64,000 nucleotides of DNA from a virus: positions 12,914-76,913 of the IMG/VR virus record IMGVR_UViG_3300045911_000567. One strand, written 5' to 3'. Made by a program: the position numbers and the translations under genes. Position 1 is the stretch's first letter. Each line of letters starts with the position of its first letter. Of the stretch, positions 45,530-56,139 are shown one piece after another. The notes beneath the pieces are model-generated. The model made no database searches, was not told the DNA's origin, and saw only the letters and a list, made by a program, of their open reading frames with translations.

Positions 45530-47537
45530 AGATTAAATCTATGAATGTATTCAATAACTTACGTGAATTTTTGATATTTCTATAAAACTCTCGCAATGAA
45601 CTTTCGATTTCTGATTTGGCAATTCCGTCAATTTTTTTATTTTCTATCTCTAGCGACTTGCCGCCTTTGATTAGAAAAAATGCATCGTATGCTTCGTTGG
45701 TGATTTTGATTATTCCATCAGCATTAAATTTCTGTTCATTGTATTCTTCTGATATTCCCTCTATCTCGTGCGTAATATAAAATCCAATAACATTGCAGTC
45801 AAATCTCTCTTTCAATGTTTTTAGAAAAAAATCGGAAGTTTTCTTTGTATTATAATCTAGGCTCGACCATGTTATCTGATACTTATTATCCCTGAGAATT
45901 ATTTCGGCATTTTTAACCAAAGACTCACCTAGAATCTTTTTTTCTTTGCCAGTTTTAACTTTATTAATAACCGAAGGGGCACTTGTAGCATCTCCATCAG
46001 TTAAGGTTATTAAATTCACAATCTGAAGGTTGTGTTTATTTTTGAAATTCTCGAATAAGTAATGAGCACAATAGGTTGCTTCAATCAGCGGAGTGCTACC
46101 CAATTTATCTGTTATGGGCATATACGATTGATCACGCAAAAGCATCATATGTTCGAGCATAGCATTAAATTCATTCATCTTCATAGAAGATGTGAAGTAT
46201 TGTCTAAGACTGAATCCTTCGTTTTTGAGATCTGGTGTATATTGAATATACGTACTCTTCGGCAAAGATGCGGCCGAGTAATGATTATCAGTAAATCCAT
46301 AAACTTCAAATGGAATCCCCACTTGCTTGCAGAATAAAACAAGGACCAATAATTGTTCGATTGCTCCTTTCATATTTGGTGACATACTAGCCGAAAGATC
46401 CAATAGCATTAAAAGTCCATGATTTTTGCCCGTTGGCACTTCGGTGGATTTAAAAAATACATCCTCGTTATATCTATAACTGTAGAGTTTATTTACATCC
46501 AATTTGCCGGTGGAAGCTGTTTTAGCTTTAAGTAATTGAATTGCCCTCTTCTTCTGTTCAAAAAGCTGAGCCAATAAACCAACAGAGGACTTATTTTCTG
46601 CTCTAAACTTTCTTAGGCTCTCGGATGCTTTAATTCGCAGAGTACTAAGATTCTGATAGAATTCTTGAAAGTCAGACAAAATTCTCTCGTATGGAACCAC
46701 ATAATCCTTCACATTAAAATTCTTAGTAATTTCTACATATATTTTATTCTTCAGTTTTTTCGATCCGGTTTTTGAGAAATAATCTGAAAGTGCCTTCTGT
46801 AATTTCGACATCAGTTCTATCTCTTTATCACCATTGTCGCAGTTTCCTTTTGAAGCCGGAACGGAAAATGGTTGGGGTGGATATTTGTCCGGGTGTTTTT
46901 GTGCCTCTTCTTTAGCGAACTCATATAAAATTCTGGCTACTTCTATTGCATCTTGTTGGGTTTTACATGAATCAACGAGTAGTAGATATTTTTGCTGCTC
47001 TTCTGTAAACTCAATCTTAGTATTTTTGAATGGTCTTCCTGAAAGTTTAAAGAAAAGATTAATTTTATCTAAGATAGAAAGATTATTCTCATCTATCTTA
47101 TCTGATATGAAAGGCATATCAAATAACTCTTGTGTGCCGTAGTGATATGCCTTTAGGGTGCCTGGATATCTCTTCTGCATCAGCTTGTCGATTCTTGCAT
47201 CCTCGACCAGATTCCATACATTGAAAAATCCTGGCTTATCTTCTGCTTCTTTTTTAATTTCGCTGAGATCGTTTTGACTGAATAGAGCATGACCTATTTC
47301 ATGAGTCACTAGCATTGCCGATACATCATAAGATATATCTCCCCAATCTGGAAGAAATAGTTTTCTATTTTCAGTATCAAATGCAGCTATTGGTGCTACC
47401 GAATTCTGTATTAAAACATCATTAACAAAATCCACCGAAATATTCTCGGTTGCCATTAGTCTAGCAAGGGTGGCCTGTAGCTCTTGCTTTCGTCTGATTT
47501 CTCTGTCTTGTATGATTTTATTTGTGTCTGTCCCCAT
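45525..47537 (-). CDS. CobT-like metallopeptidase plus vWA domain protein
   Basis: HEIGH..N..EDARI; MIDAS DLSASM, STPL, LTDGD. Confidence 0.88.
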   Translation of the reverse strand: MGTDTNKIIQDREIRRKQELQATLARLMATENISVDFVNDVLIQNSVAPIAAFDTENRKLFLPDWGDISYDVSAMLVTHEIGHALFSQNDLSEIKKEAEDKPGFFNVWNLVEDARIDKLMQKRYPGTLKAYHYGTQELFDMPFISDKIDENNLSILDKINLFFKLSGRPFKNTKIEFTEEQQKYLLLVDSCKTQQDAIEVARILYEFAKEEAQKHPDKYPPQPFSVPASKGNCDNGDKEIELMSKLQKALSDYFSKTGSKKLKNKIYVEITKNFNVKDYVVPYERILSDFQEFYQNLSTLRIKASESLRKFRAENKSSVGLLAQLFEQKKRAIQLLKAKTASTGKLDVNKLYSYRYNEDVFFKSTEVPTGKNHGLLMLLDLSASMSPNMKGAIEQLLVLVLFCKQVGIPFEVYGFTDNHYSAASLPKSTYIQYTPDLKNEGFSLRQYFTSSMKMNEFNAMLEHMMLLRDQSYMPITDKLGSTPLIEATYCAHYLFENFKNKHNLQIVNLITLTDGDATSAPSVINKVKTGKEKKILGESLVKNAEIILRDNKYQITWSSLDYNTKKTSDFFLKTLKERFDCNVIGFYITHEIEGISEEYNEQKFNADGIIKITNEAYDAFFLIKGGKSLEIENKKIDGIAKSEIESSLREFYRNIKNSRKLLNTFIDLIS

Positions 47538-47600
47538 ATTTCTATATTACAACAAAAACCGACTTAATGTCAATAGTATCATTATAATGAATATTATCAA

Positions 47601-47855
47601 CTACTTATTATAGATCCTATATAATAGGTAGTTGAACGTGGAAAGAAATGATGTCACCGAGTAATTTAAAATCAATGGAAACCCAGATTTAACTAAGAGT
47701 GAATAAACAATCATTATTGAGCTTCCGATCATTAGAAGAATTAACATCAATTCGCTGATGCCGGAAGTTTCTTTAGTCACAATAAACTTAATTGTCTGAG
47801 GAACCGCCGATAGAATCAAACAGGCCGATCCGATATATCCAAAAAACTCGATCAT
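47601..47855 (-). CDS. PQ-loop / SemiSWEET-like membrane protein
   Basis: Three TM helices; AVPQ..K..T.GIS motif. Confidence 0.8.
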   Translation of the reverse strand: MIEFFGYIGSACLILSAVPQTIKFIVTKETSGISELMLILLMIGSSIMIVYSLLVKSGFPLILNYSVTSFLSTFNYLLYRIYNK

Positions 47856-49453
47856 GGTTTTCTAAAAATAAAAATCGGCTCATATTTAAAATATCCTTCA
47901 TCTCCAGAACCAGACAATTTCACCTTACAGAAATTTTTCATCATAGGATCTCCGGTCTCTGGGTCAAGTCTGTTGCGTCCAGGCATTCTAGACAATACCA
48001 TTTTTAGTGTTTCAATATGCTGCATACCCAACGATTTTAGGTAATCTATAGAATCTTGTTCTAATGGAAGAATATCCTTCTTACCAAACTTAACATCGGC
48101 TATATTCCAAGCGATATAGCCTCCTGGTTTTAACCAATCAAAAGCGGTTTTTAGTGTTCGTTTTAAAAAATTATCTCTCCATGAATCATATGTATCAAAC
48201 TTAATCGCACTCTGTGCAGGATCGTCACTATACAGTTCCTTACAAAAATAGGCTGGACTCGTAAACACTAAATCTAGATTTCCTTTGTATTTTTGAAAAT
48301 TGTCTTGAAGATGCATTTCTTCCGAACCACATTGATAGATTTCATATGTATTAAGTGGCGCACAGAATGGACCAGATCTATATGTTTGAGTATTATAAAA
48401 ATCTGCAAGCTCGTGATATTTTGTTCTTCCTGGTGTCGTTGTATGATCTGGATTAGGATCGGTTCCTATATAATGAATTCCCCTGTCTTGACTTACTGCC
48501 ATGGCTCCTAATATTCTTCCTCCCCAGCCAGAAGAAGGATCCCAGACTATAGCTTTTGTATTTGGCTTAGTGTATCTTTCGTAAATTAACTTTGCCGTAA
48601 GTGGAGGAAAGTTAACTGCTTGCTGACATACCGAAACTCTAAATGCTCTGAGTCCTGCTGGAAAAATTCGCTGACCTTTCTTAAAAAGTCTTATTCTATA
48701 TTGGGTTGCCTCCGGAAAATATTCAAGAATTGTTTTGCATCTGGGTCTAATCAAATCTCCGCTAGTCTCTAATTCTTCTTTACTTATAGATAGACATGTT
48801 ATTTCTCGCAATTCATCAATATACCCAGAATAAAAATTTTCTTCGGTTTTTGGCTCCAAGAAATAATCGTATTCACCTCCTGAATAATACCGTTCAAAAA
48901 TTTCAATCCATCTGAGACCAATATTTTCATGTTCGGCTATGAGATATGTTTTCTTATATTCATGTAAATCCGTTTTATCAGGATGAAAAGTTCTAACGGG
49001 AGAAGCATAAACATAAAAAGAATCTCTCTTGAAATGTCTCCTAGCATAAGTAATCATCTTGTTGAGTAGGGCGGGATCCTTAAAGTGGTCATATATAGAT
49101 AAACCCGCATTTACTTGAGTTGTATAATTTATTTTTGTTTTCATCATAGTAGGAAACCATTCGTTAGCGGCATTACCTACTATGCTCGTGTTCCGAATAC
49201 AATCTATAGTATTGGTTAATTCGTCTTTAACCAAAAACTTATGAACAGGAAAAGATTCTAACTGATTAAATTGGTCAATTATCTCGGGTTCATCTAATCC
49301 TAATCTAGGAGGAAGACCATAGTTATCCCATAGATCAACTACAACAGCTCGCATTTCTGCGACCCATGCACAAAATTCTGCATCTGACATCCACAACAAT
49401 TCTTCAAATGTTTTATTGACAGAATGCTCTATGAGTCTATTGTTTCTTGGCAT
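47852..49453 (-). CDS. SAM-dependent DNA amino-methyltransferase-like protein
   Basis: NFPPLTAK, DPSSGWGGR, GTDPN, FTSPAY. Confidence 0.8.
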   Translation of the reverse strand: MPRNNRLIEHSVNKTFEELLWMSDAEFCAWVAEMRAVVVDLWDNYGLPPRLGLDEPEIIDQFNQLESFPVHKFLVKDELTNTIDCIRNTSIVGNAANEWFPTMMKTKINYTTQVNAGLSIYDHFKDPALLNKMITYARRHFKRDSFYVYASPVRTFHPDKTDLHEYKKTYLIAEHENIGLRWIEIFERYYSGGEYDYFLEPKTEENFYSGYIDELREITCLSISKEELETSGDLIRPRCKTILEYFPEATQYRIRLFKKGQRIFPAGLRAFRVSVCQQAVNFPPLTAKLIYERYTKPNTKAIVWDPSSGWGGRILGAMAVSQDRGIHYIGTDPNPDHTTTPGRTKYHELADFYNTQTYRSGPFCAPLNTYEIYQCGSEEMHLQDNFQKYKGNLDLVFTSPAYFCKELYSDDPAQSAIKFDTYDSWRDNFLKRTLKTAFDWLKPGGYIAWNIADVKFGKKDILPLEQDSIDYLKSLGMQHIETLKMVLSRMPGRNRLDPETGDPMMKNFCKVKLSGSGDEGYFKYEPIFIFRKP

Positions 49454-50072
49454 CTTTCTTTTCTATTTTCTTTTTAAGAGTCGGCTTTTTTTCTTTCTTC
49501 GGTGCTGGGAATTGAAGAAGTCCTAATGTTTGCATTTCAGAAAAATAAGGAATACCTACATGATCTACTATTTTGTGTTTTCGTGCTTCTTCTGCCGAAA
49601 GAAACCAGTCGATGTGTTTTCTTTTTTCAACTTCTTTTTTGAAATAATCTGTGGGTTGATTGCATTTTTCTGATAGAAGTTTATATAAAACTTCGTTTAG
49701 TCTCTCGGCTTCTCTGACATCTGCTTTAAGATCCTCAATTTTTCCCCACGACACCTTACCTGCATCATGAATCATCACAGTAGAATATTTCCCTATAAAT
49801 CTCAAGCCAGGATTTCCGCTGGCAAGAAGTATACTACCGCATGACATTGCTTTTCCTAATGCTATGGTGGCTTTTGGTATTTCAACACTTTCCATTATGT
49901 CGAGCATTGCCATCAGTGAATATATTTCTCCACCAAAAGAATCGATGAAAATTGGGATGCAAGGAAGATCGGAATGTTTCAGACGATCAAAATCTTCTTT
50001 GAATTTCTTAACGGCATCCTCTGTAAATTCATTAACAAGAATATATGGTTGATGTTTTCTGGGGTCTTCCAT
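49437..50072 (-). CDS. ClpP-family protease
   Basis: IDSFGGE, G.AMSCGS, VMIH, W.SAEEA...IVD. Confidence 0.88.
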   Translation of the reverse strand: MEDPRKHQPYILVNEFTEDAVKKFKEDFDRLKHSDLPCIPIFIDSFGGEIYSLMAMLDIMESVEIPKATIALGKAMSCGSILLASGNPGLRFIGKYSTVMIHDAGKVSWGKIEDLKADVREAERLNEVLYKLLSEKCNQPTDYFKKEVEKRKHIDWFLSAEEARKHKIVDHVGIPYFSEMQTLGLLQFPAPKKEKKPTLKKKIEKKDAKKQ

Positions 50073-50124
50073 TCAAATCTCCATTTATTCATTATAGTAT
50101 AATATTAAATATCAAATGTAAAGT

Positions 50125-51636
50125 TTATTTTTCTGAATACAAGAACACCAGATTGCCGCTATCATATAGGCGATAGTATCCATTCTTTTTCATATTTTCC
50201 TCTTCTGATAATAATGGATCATAGTTCTGTAGCTTGAATGTAAGTTTCTTCTTTTGGTATTGGTATCTACTAATAAGTTTTCCTCCAACGAGATATTTGT
50301 AATTTGGTTGAGTTTTTCCTAATAATTTAAATCCCAATTTTTTATATAAATTTCCATCTGAATATGTTCTGTCTGCATAAGACACAACGGTCGATGGCTG
50401 CCTTCTGATAAAGGTTTTAAACAACCTAGACGCTCCTGCAATGACTCTATATCCGCATTTCGTTGAGAATCTAGTCAACTCAAAATCGGCATCTTTATTC
50501 CACCTAGACTTAGAAAACGTCATTACTGCATAAATTTCTTCGCTATCATCTACCAGAGCATAAGCAAATCTATATCCAAGGGAACCATATAGATGATTTT
50601 CGCGAAGAAAATTCTGTATTTTAAGAAAATCTAGGTCATCTCTGACTGTTAGGTTTCTTGCATAGATGGGTTTAGTTTTTCCTAATTTATTCAGGATCAT
50701 TGATTTTATGATATGCTCTTTGCTGCGCCAGTCATGGTCAAAAATATGAATTAGTTGAATATTCTTGTTCTCACATAGTTCAGTCTTATTCATATGCATA
50801 AATTTGCTTCTGAATTTTGTGGTATGATAATACACACCGTTACACTCTATTGCAAGATTCAAGTCAGGAAGATATATGTCCAATTCTTTTGGTGGTATTA
50901 TATTGCGGGCATTTCTAAGGATTTTTCCGCTATAGTTATCGGCAATAAATTCAAATACTTCAACTTCGAATCCGTTCGTTCTTTCTATTTTTTCTATACC
51001 GAAATAATTTTTCAGTTTGCTTCCTAACCAAGAATCCGATACTTCATATTCTCGTGCTATTCTACTGATCGATTTTCCATTTTTTATGTATTCATGTTCC
51101 AATAATTCTTTGTTCCATAATATAGTTTCATGGGAAACTTTGGATCGATGAGTTTTCGAAATTTTCTTTGCTCTTCGTTCTACAACCTCTCTGTTATAGG
51201 AAATGTTATCAACGCCATATTTCCTTCGAATATGATTGGATATTAAATCTGTTCTCTTGAAATAATTTTTGACACCATATTTCTTTTCCGTTGTTGCTTC
51301 TGCTTTGGTTCTATTATTATAATTCTCGCTGCCGTATCTGAGTTTCTTTGTAACTTTCGATTTTTTAGATGTTGCTAATGCAGAACAGCGAGGTGAACAG
51401 TATAATTTATATCTGCCGTGCTTGAACTTTACCTTATTTTTGCATGTCGGGCAAATAGGGCTGCTACGAATATTATTTTTAATGCAATATAGTCTTTCTT
51501 TTATCGTGGCATCTGGATCTAAAAATTTAGTATCTTCGATGATCGCACGGATTATATCTTCTGGGAACCCATGTCGGTGATATATTCTCTTTATCGATCC
51601 TGACCGATCAAATATAATTTGATACTCGTTCTTCAT
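50125..51636 (-). mobile_element. Hef-like putative homing endonuclease
   Basis: Zn-finger and KYGV repeats, HTH, ELDIYLP..AIECNG.Y.H nuclease, C-terminal SYADR..G.LY..LGF; abuts gp46. Confidence 0.75.
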
Positions 51637-53342
51637 TCTATCGAACTAAAATTTTTGCTCTTAATGAACTTGATTCTATTGTCAAATTTATCTGCTATGT
51701 TTTCTTTGTGCGATATAACAAAAATATTGCTATCTTTAAACATATCTTGTTTTAACATCGATAGAACATTTTCAGTTGCAGTTGTATCGAGATATGAATC
51801 CAGAACTTCATCTAAAACCAATAGATTGGTGTTGACCGAGTTTTTCAATTTTGCTATTGTTCTCCAAGTAAAGAGTAATGCCAAGTCGATTCTTTGTTTT
51901 TCTCCTTCTGAGAAGTTGGCATATGAAAATGCTTCTTTGCCATCGAATTTGATATATTCGTTGAATTCTTCGTCGAGGGTAAAGGTCACATAGAAATTCA
52001 TAGCAGATAGAAACTTATTGGTGAACTTGTTTATCAATGGAAGATATTGTTTAATTATCTTAGACTTGACTCCGGAATCTTTCAGCAATAGGGAAGCCAC
52101 TTCATACACCGACTTAGTTTCTATAATGTCAGACTTAGCCGATTCGTTGTCGTGTAATTCTTTTTCCACTTCGTCTTGAGAAAAATCTTGGGAAATGTTT
52201 GATGCCTCTTTTTTCAGATCTATTGTATCTTGTGCTATCTTTTGCATGAATTGTCTAATTGCATATATCGAAGAGTTTTTCTGGTTTATTAATAATGTCA
52301 ATTGTTTTATTTCATTCTCTATAACTAACGCTTCTTTCAATTTTGCGTTAAAATTTTCGATTAAGGTGGCAGCAGAGCCAATACCTTCTGTTATTTCTGA
52401 CATTTCTTTGTTCTTAAAATCTATCTGCTTGTTTCTGAAATCATCATTGATGTCCTGTTTGCACGTAGGACACTCAGAATGCTCTTTATAGAAAACTAAC
52501 TCTTTAGATAGATTTTTCTTCTTGTCTTCCAGTTTAGATAAAACTGTGCGGATTTCCTGTAATTTATGTTCTATGTCTAACTTAAAACTTATCTGATCTT
52601 TTTTGTTTGATATTTCGTTGTTATGCAGATCTATTTCTTTCTGTAAATCTGATATCTTCTTTTCATTGTCGCTAAGTATTGCCAAATTTGTCCTTATTTT
52701 TTCTTCCTTATCTTTGGATATATCCTCAAGGTATTTCTGATGCATTATTAACTTCTCTCTCGCAAGAGAAATTCTATACTCAATTGAGTTTAATTCATCT
52801 TTCAGTTTAGAGAGCTTTTCCTTCAATAATACATTCATAGTGGAGAAAATTTCTATATCAAGCAATCCCTCGATTATCACTCTTCTATCTGCCGGCTTCA
52901 ATTGCATGAAAGGAGTAAAATTAGATGCACCCAATACCACTATCTGAGAAAATGCCTTAAAGTTAAACTTCAATATCTGTTGTTCTAGTTGCTCTTGATA
53001 ATCTTTATTATGCGAATCCTGATTGATAAGTTCCGAGTTTTTATAAATCTCAAAAATATTCGGCTTTATTCCTCGCCTAATAAAATAATTATTTTTGCCT
53101 ATTGAAAATTCTATTTCAACTAATAGGTTCTTTTGATTGACGGTATTAATTAACTGAGTTCTATTGATATTCCTGAAGGGTTTGCTGAATAATACAAATG
53201 CAATCGCATCAAGAAAAGTTGATTTTCCTGAACCAGAAACCCCGAGCAATATTGTACTATGGCTACGAGATAAATCTATTTCGGTGAATTCATTTCCCGT
53301 AGATAGAAAGTTTTTCCACCTAATTTTCTTGAAAAGTATCAT
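51633..53342 (-). CDS. gp46: Recombination endonuclease ATPase subunit (Rad50-like)
   Basis: GSGKST, CPTC hook, FSEGEKQRIDL, LDE, ISH. Confidence 0.97.
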   Translation of the reverse strand: MILFKKIRWKNFLSTGNEFTEIDLSRSHSTILLGVSGSGKSTFLDAIAFVLFSKPFRNINRTQLINTVNQKNLLVEIEFSIGKNNYFIRRGIKPNIFEIYKNSELINQDSHNKDYQEQLEQQILKFNFKAFSQIVVLGASNFTPFMQLKPADRRVIIEGLLDIEIFSTMNVLLKEKLSKLKDELNSIEYRISLAREKLIMHQKYLEDISKDKEEKIRTNLAILSDNEKKISDLQKEIDLHNNEISNKKDQISFKLDIEHKLQEIRTVLSKLEDKKKNLSKELVFYKEHSECPTCKQDINDDFRNKQIDFKNKEMSEITEGIGSAATLIENFNAKLKEALVIENEIKQLTLLINQKNSSIYAIRQFMQKIAQDTIDLKKEASNISQDFSQDEVEKELHDNESAKSDIIETKSVYEVASLLLKDSGVKSKIIKQYLPLINKFTNKFLSAMNFYVTFTLDEEFNEYIKFDGKEAFSYANFSEGEKQRIDLALLFTWRTIAKLKNSVNTNLLVLDEVLDSYLDTTATENVLSMLKQDMFKDSNIFVISHKENIADKFDNRIKFIKSKNFSSIE

Positions 53343-54430
53343 TAAGCTCTGTAATTTTTATCTGTGATAGTTAGGGCTTCTGAATACAATTCTCTTATAG
53401 TTGTATACACTCTCTCTGCATTATTGATATCAAGACTATCTATGTATTCTTTGAGAAGAGTTAAGGTGTCTTTTGTTTCATTAAATGTATCCTCGTCGAT
53501 ATTACCCGACTCGGCAGAAATATCAACTATATGAATATCAGCAGGATTCTTTTCTGTTAATACTTCCTGTAGTTTTTCAAAAAAATATGGATTATTCTTA
53601 TTCTTAACTACTATTTTTATGAATCTATTTGTTGCATTAAGCGCATCAATATTTTTTATGATTGATTGTATCTCATTTTCATTGCTATCATTATATATGA
53701 TCTTCTTGAAAATGCTCTCTGTAAATTCTATAAACTCTAATTTTTTTGTATGGGTGTCAAAGACATGAAATCCCCTAGAGTCGCCGTAATCTGCCCATGT
53801 CATCGGATACGGACTTCCCAGATATGTTATGGAATTTTTTGTTGATCTGTGGTGAAAATGTCCGGAGAAGGTATGGTAAAATTTATCGAAAATAGATGGA
53901 CTTAACCCACGATCAGTATTTTCATGACCGGCGAACATCTCAAAACCTAATAATTCGAGATGACCGAAACAGAACATAGCATCCGTATTCTGTATGAGAT
54001 TCATGGAACTTTCTATATTGTCGTCACACATCCAAGGAACATATAAAACTTTGTCAATAGCTCCGAGGGAAACGACCTGAGCATTTTTGAAAACCTTGAA
54101 TTTATTGGAATAAACCTGTAGTAATTGATCTACGGAATTTATCTCGTTGGTGTTTTTGAAATATGTATCGTGATTTCCTAATATAATATCGACACTGTCA
54201 ACTTGATCATATAATGGTTGAAAAACTCTTTGATTCCAAGAAGAGAGTATATTGAAATTAATATATTTTCTGCGGTCAAATACATCACCAAGATGTACGA
54301 CTTTTTTAATGTTGTGCTCCGTCAGATAAGGAAAAAATAATTGTTCATAGAATCTGATGAAATATTCATTAAAAATAGGAGAGTCATTTCTTGCTCCTGC
54401 ATGTGTGTCGCTAATTAAAGCTACTTTCAT
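53342..54430 (-). CDS. gp47: Recombination endonuclease nuclease subunit (Mre11-like)
   Basis: SDTHAG, GDVFDRR, GNHD, GHLE, SGHFH. Confidence 0.96.
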   Translation of the reverse strand: MKVALISDTHAGARNDSPIFNEYFIRFYEQLFFPYLTEHNIKKVVHLGDVFDRRKYINFNILSSWNQRVFQPLYDQVDSVDIILGNHDTYFKNTNEINSVDQLLQVYSNKFKVFKNAQVVSLGAIDKVLYVPWMCDDNIESSMNLIQNTDAMFCFGHLELLGFEMFAGHENTDRGLSPSIFDKFYHTFSGHFHHRSTKNSITYLGSPYPMTWADYGDSRGFHVFDTHTKKLEFIEFTESIFKKIIYNDSNENEIQSIIKNIDALNATNRFIKIVVKNKNNPYFFEKLQEVLTEKNPADIHIVDISAESGNIDEDTFNETKDTLTLLKEYIDSLDINNAERVYTTIRELYSEALTITDKNYRA

Positions 54431-54470
54431 GGGTCTAATTTTATTAGATTTAATCTTGGATGCAAATAAA

Positions 54471-55007
54471 TTATACCCAAAGCGAAGAGCGAATTTTAGC
54501 CAGTCTGATTAACATTCTCGTGTCTTCTTCGTAATACTGTGTTTCTAATTTAGTACTTGCCATTATGTCATCCATGCTTAACAATTCCTCATCGGATTTT
54601 CTTTTATTCCTGTCCACTGTCCACCATTTGTATAATTTGTATATTTCTCTGCGATGAAGCACTCTTTGTCTCAGAAAAGAATTTTTGCCGTCGCGTAATG
54701 ATTGCACATCGTCTTTATATGCATCAGCAATCATTGCTTGCAAGAAATCAACTTTTGATGAATTTTTTCCCAATGATGGAAAAAATTTTCCGAGGGCTTT
54801 AATTTCCTCGTCAACAAATTTTTCGAGAATTGCAAAAGATGTATGAAGTAATAATGTATCTGGATCGTAATATCCAGGAGGTAATTTGCTATCGACGATA
54901 TGATGGCGGCTAATAGTTCTATGTTTAATCCAACGAATACCGGATTTTATAGTAAATTTAATCTGATATAGTACATCAACAATAAATTCTTTCATATTGT
55001 GTTTCAT
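54471..55007 (-). CDS. Hypothetical protein
   Basis: LPPGYYD.D..LLH..F.IL, LYKWW, L.RL.KIR..LW. Confidence 0.65.
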   Translation of the reverse strand: MKHNMKEFIVDVLYQIKFTIKSGIRWIKHRTISRHHIVDSKLPPGYYDPDTLLLHTSFAILEKFVDEEIKALGKFFPSLGKNSSKVDFLQAMIADAYKDDVQSLRDGKNSFLRQRVLHRREIYKLYKWWTVDRNKRKSDEELLSMDDIMASTKLETQYYEEDTRMLIRLAKIRSSLWV

Positions 55008-55567
55008 TTCATAATTAATTCAAGATTCTTCTGTCTTGTTTTCTTTCTCTTCGCTGCTATGGCTTTTTTCTTGTTGGTTTTTCTCTTTTCTTCTTTTTTT
55101 TCTTCAAATGTATTCATGAAATCTCGCATCAAGTCATCTGAGTATTCTGATATGTACTGTTGAATTTGAGGAACTTCTGATTCATGTGCTTGGTTTAGTA
55201 CAAATTCATCAACATATCTGTATTTGGTATAGAGATGGGTTTTTTCATTGTCTATTCTATTCAAGAAAGCATAATATATTATTTGAGTAAAATATGCAAA
55301 AGGATTGTCATATCCAATATCATAATTATGAGCATATTTTATACACTTTTCAATTCCATCGGAAATCATTTCTTCTCTGAATGGATAATTCATGAAATTG
55401 GGTCTGTTCGCTAGTTTATTTGCGATTTTTAATATACACTCACCAACAAATTCCGGAACAGGTGGCTGGGGCAGTTTTTCTCTTTTAGCTTTGCGTAAAG
55501 ATTTAATATAAATCTTCATATGCCGATATAGTTCTTTATTATCGACGTAGTGTACTTTACTGCTCAT
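55004..55567 (-). CDS. gp55: Late sigma factor
   Basis: HYVDNK, PNF.NY..REEMISDGIE, NPFAYFTQI.YYAF..RI..EK. Confidence 0.96.
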   Translation of the reverse strand: MSSKVHYVDNKELYRHMKIYIKSLRKAKREKLPQPPVPEFVGECILKIANKLANRPNFMNYPFREEMISDGIEKCIKYAHNYDIGYDNPFAYFTQIIYYAFLNRIDNEKTHLYTKYRYVDEFVLNQAHESEVPQIQQYISEYSDDLMRDFMNTFEEKKEEKRKTNKKKAIAAKRKKTRQKNLELIMK

Positions 55568-56139
55568 TATAGTCTGTCGTTATTTCTCGTTATATTATTT
55601 CCTAATAACTATTATCATAGCAGTTTAATCCTATTAAACCTAGAAAAAAAATATATTAGGTGAGCGAAGCGAACTGATTGCGGAGTGAAACGTAGCAATC
55701 AACAACCCGAGCAGATTTTAAACGCAACTATCCTTTGGGTGCACAGGATTGTTCGTCAAGCTACGCTTGCCGAGTCAAACTCGTAAACTCGTTTGACAAG
55801 GACTATTTTATAACTTATGGATAACCTAGGATTATTGCTCTCAGAATCCCTTTAAACTTGATTGATAAATCAATCAAGTGACGCCCCCCTTCAAGCCCCT
55901 CTCAGCCTCCCCTCCATCCCCCCAAACCCCTTATGATTTATCTGATTTTTTGCCAAAACCTCCCTTGCTACAAAAATTTTACAAAAATTTTACATCCATG
56001 TTACATTTCATATCATATTATATCCACATTAAATGGATTTGCATTTTGTTGCATAGACGTGTTGCCGCATAGCATAGCAGCAATACGTTTATTTTAGCTT
56101 TGCAAGTGGTTGATTTTATTGACCGCCTAAAACACTTTT
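55568..56139. other. Large non-coding region, candidate replication origin or control region
   Basis: No credible ORF. Palindromes at 55676-55701, 55774-55797 and 55857-55878; C-tracts at 55884-55930; 11-nt direct repeat at 55970-55994. Confidence 0.5.

Noticed and set aside
44515-47537. Cobalamin biosynthesis (cobaltochelatase CobST)
   Set aside because: No CobN is present. This MoxR/vWA pair is a common feature of T4-like phages.
55878-56072. 64-aa Pro-rich plus-strand ORF
   Set aside because: It has no RBS, and its composition is a by-product of the C-tracts.
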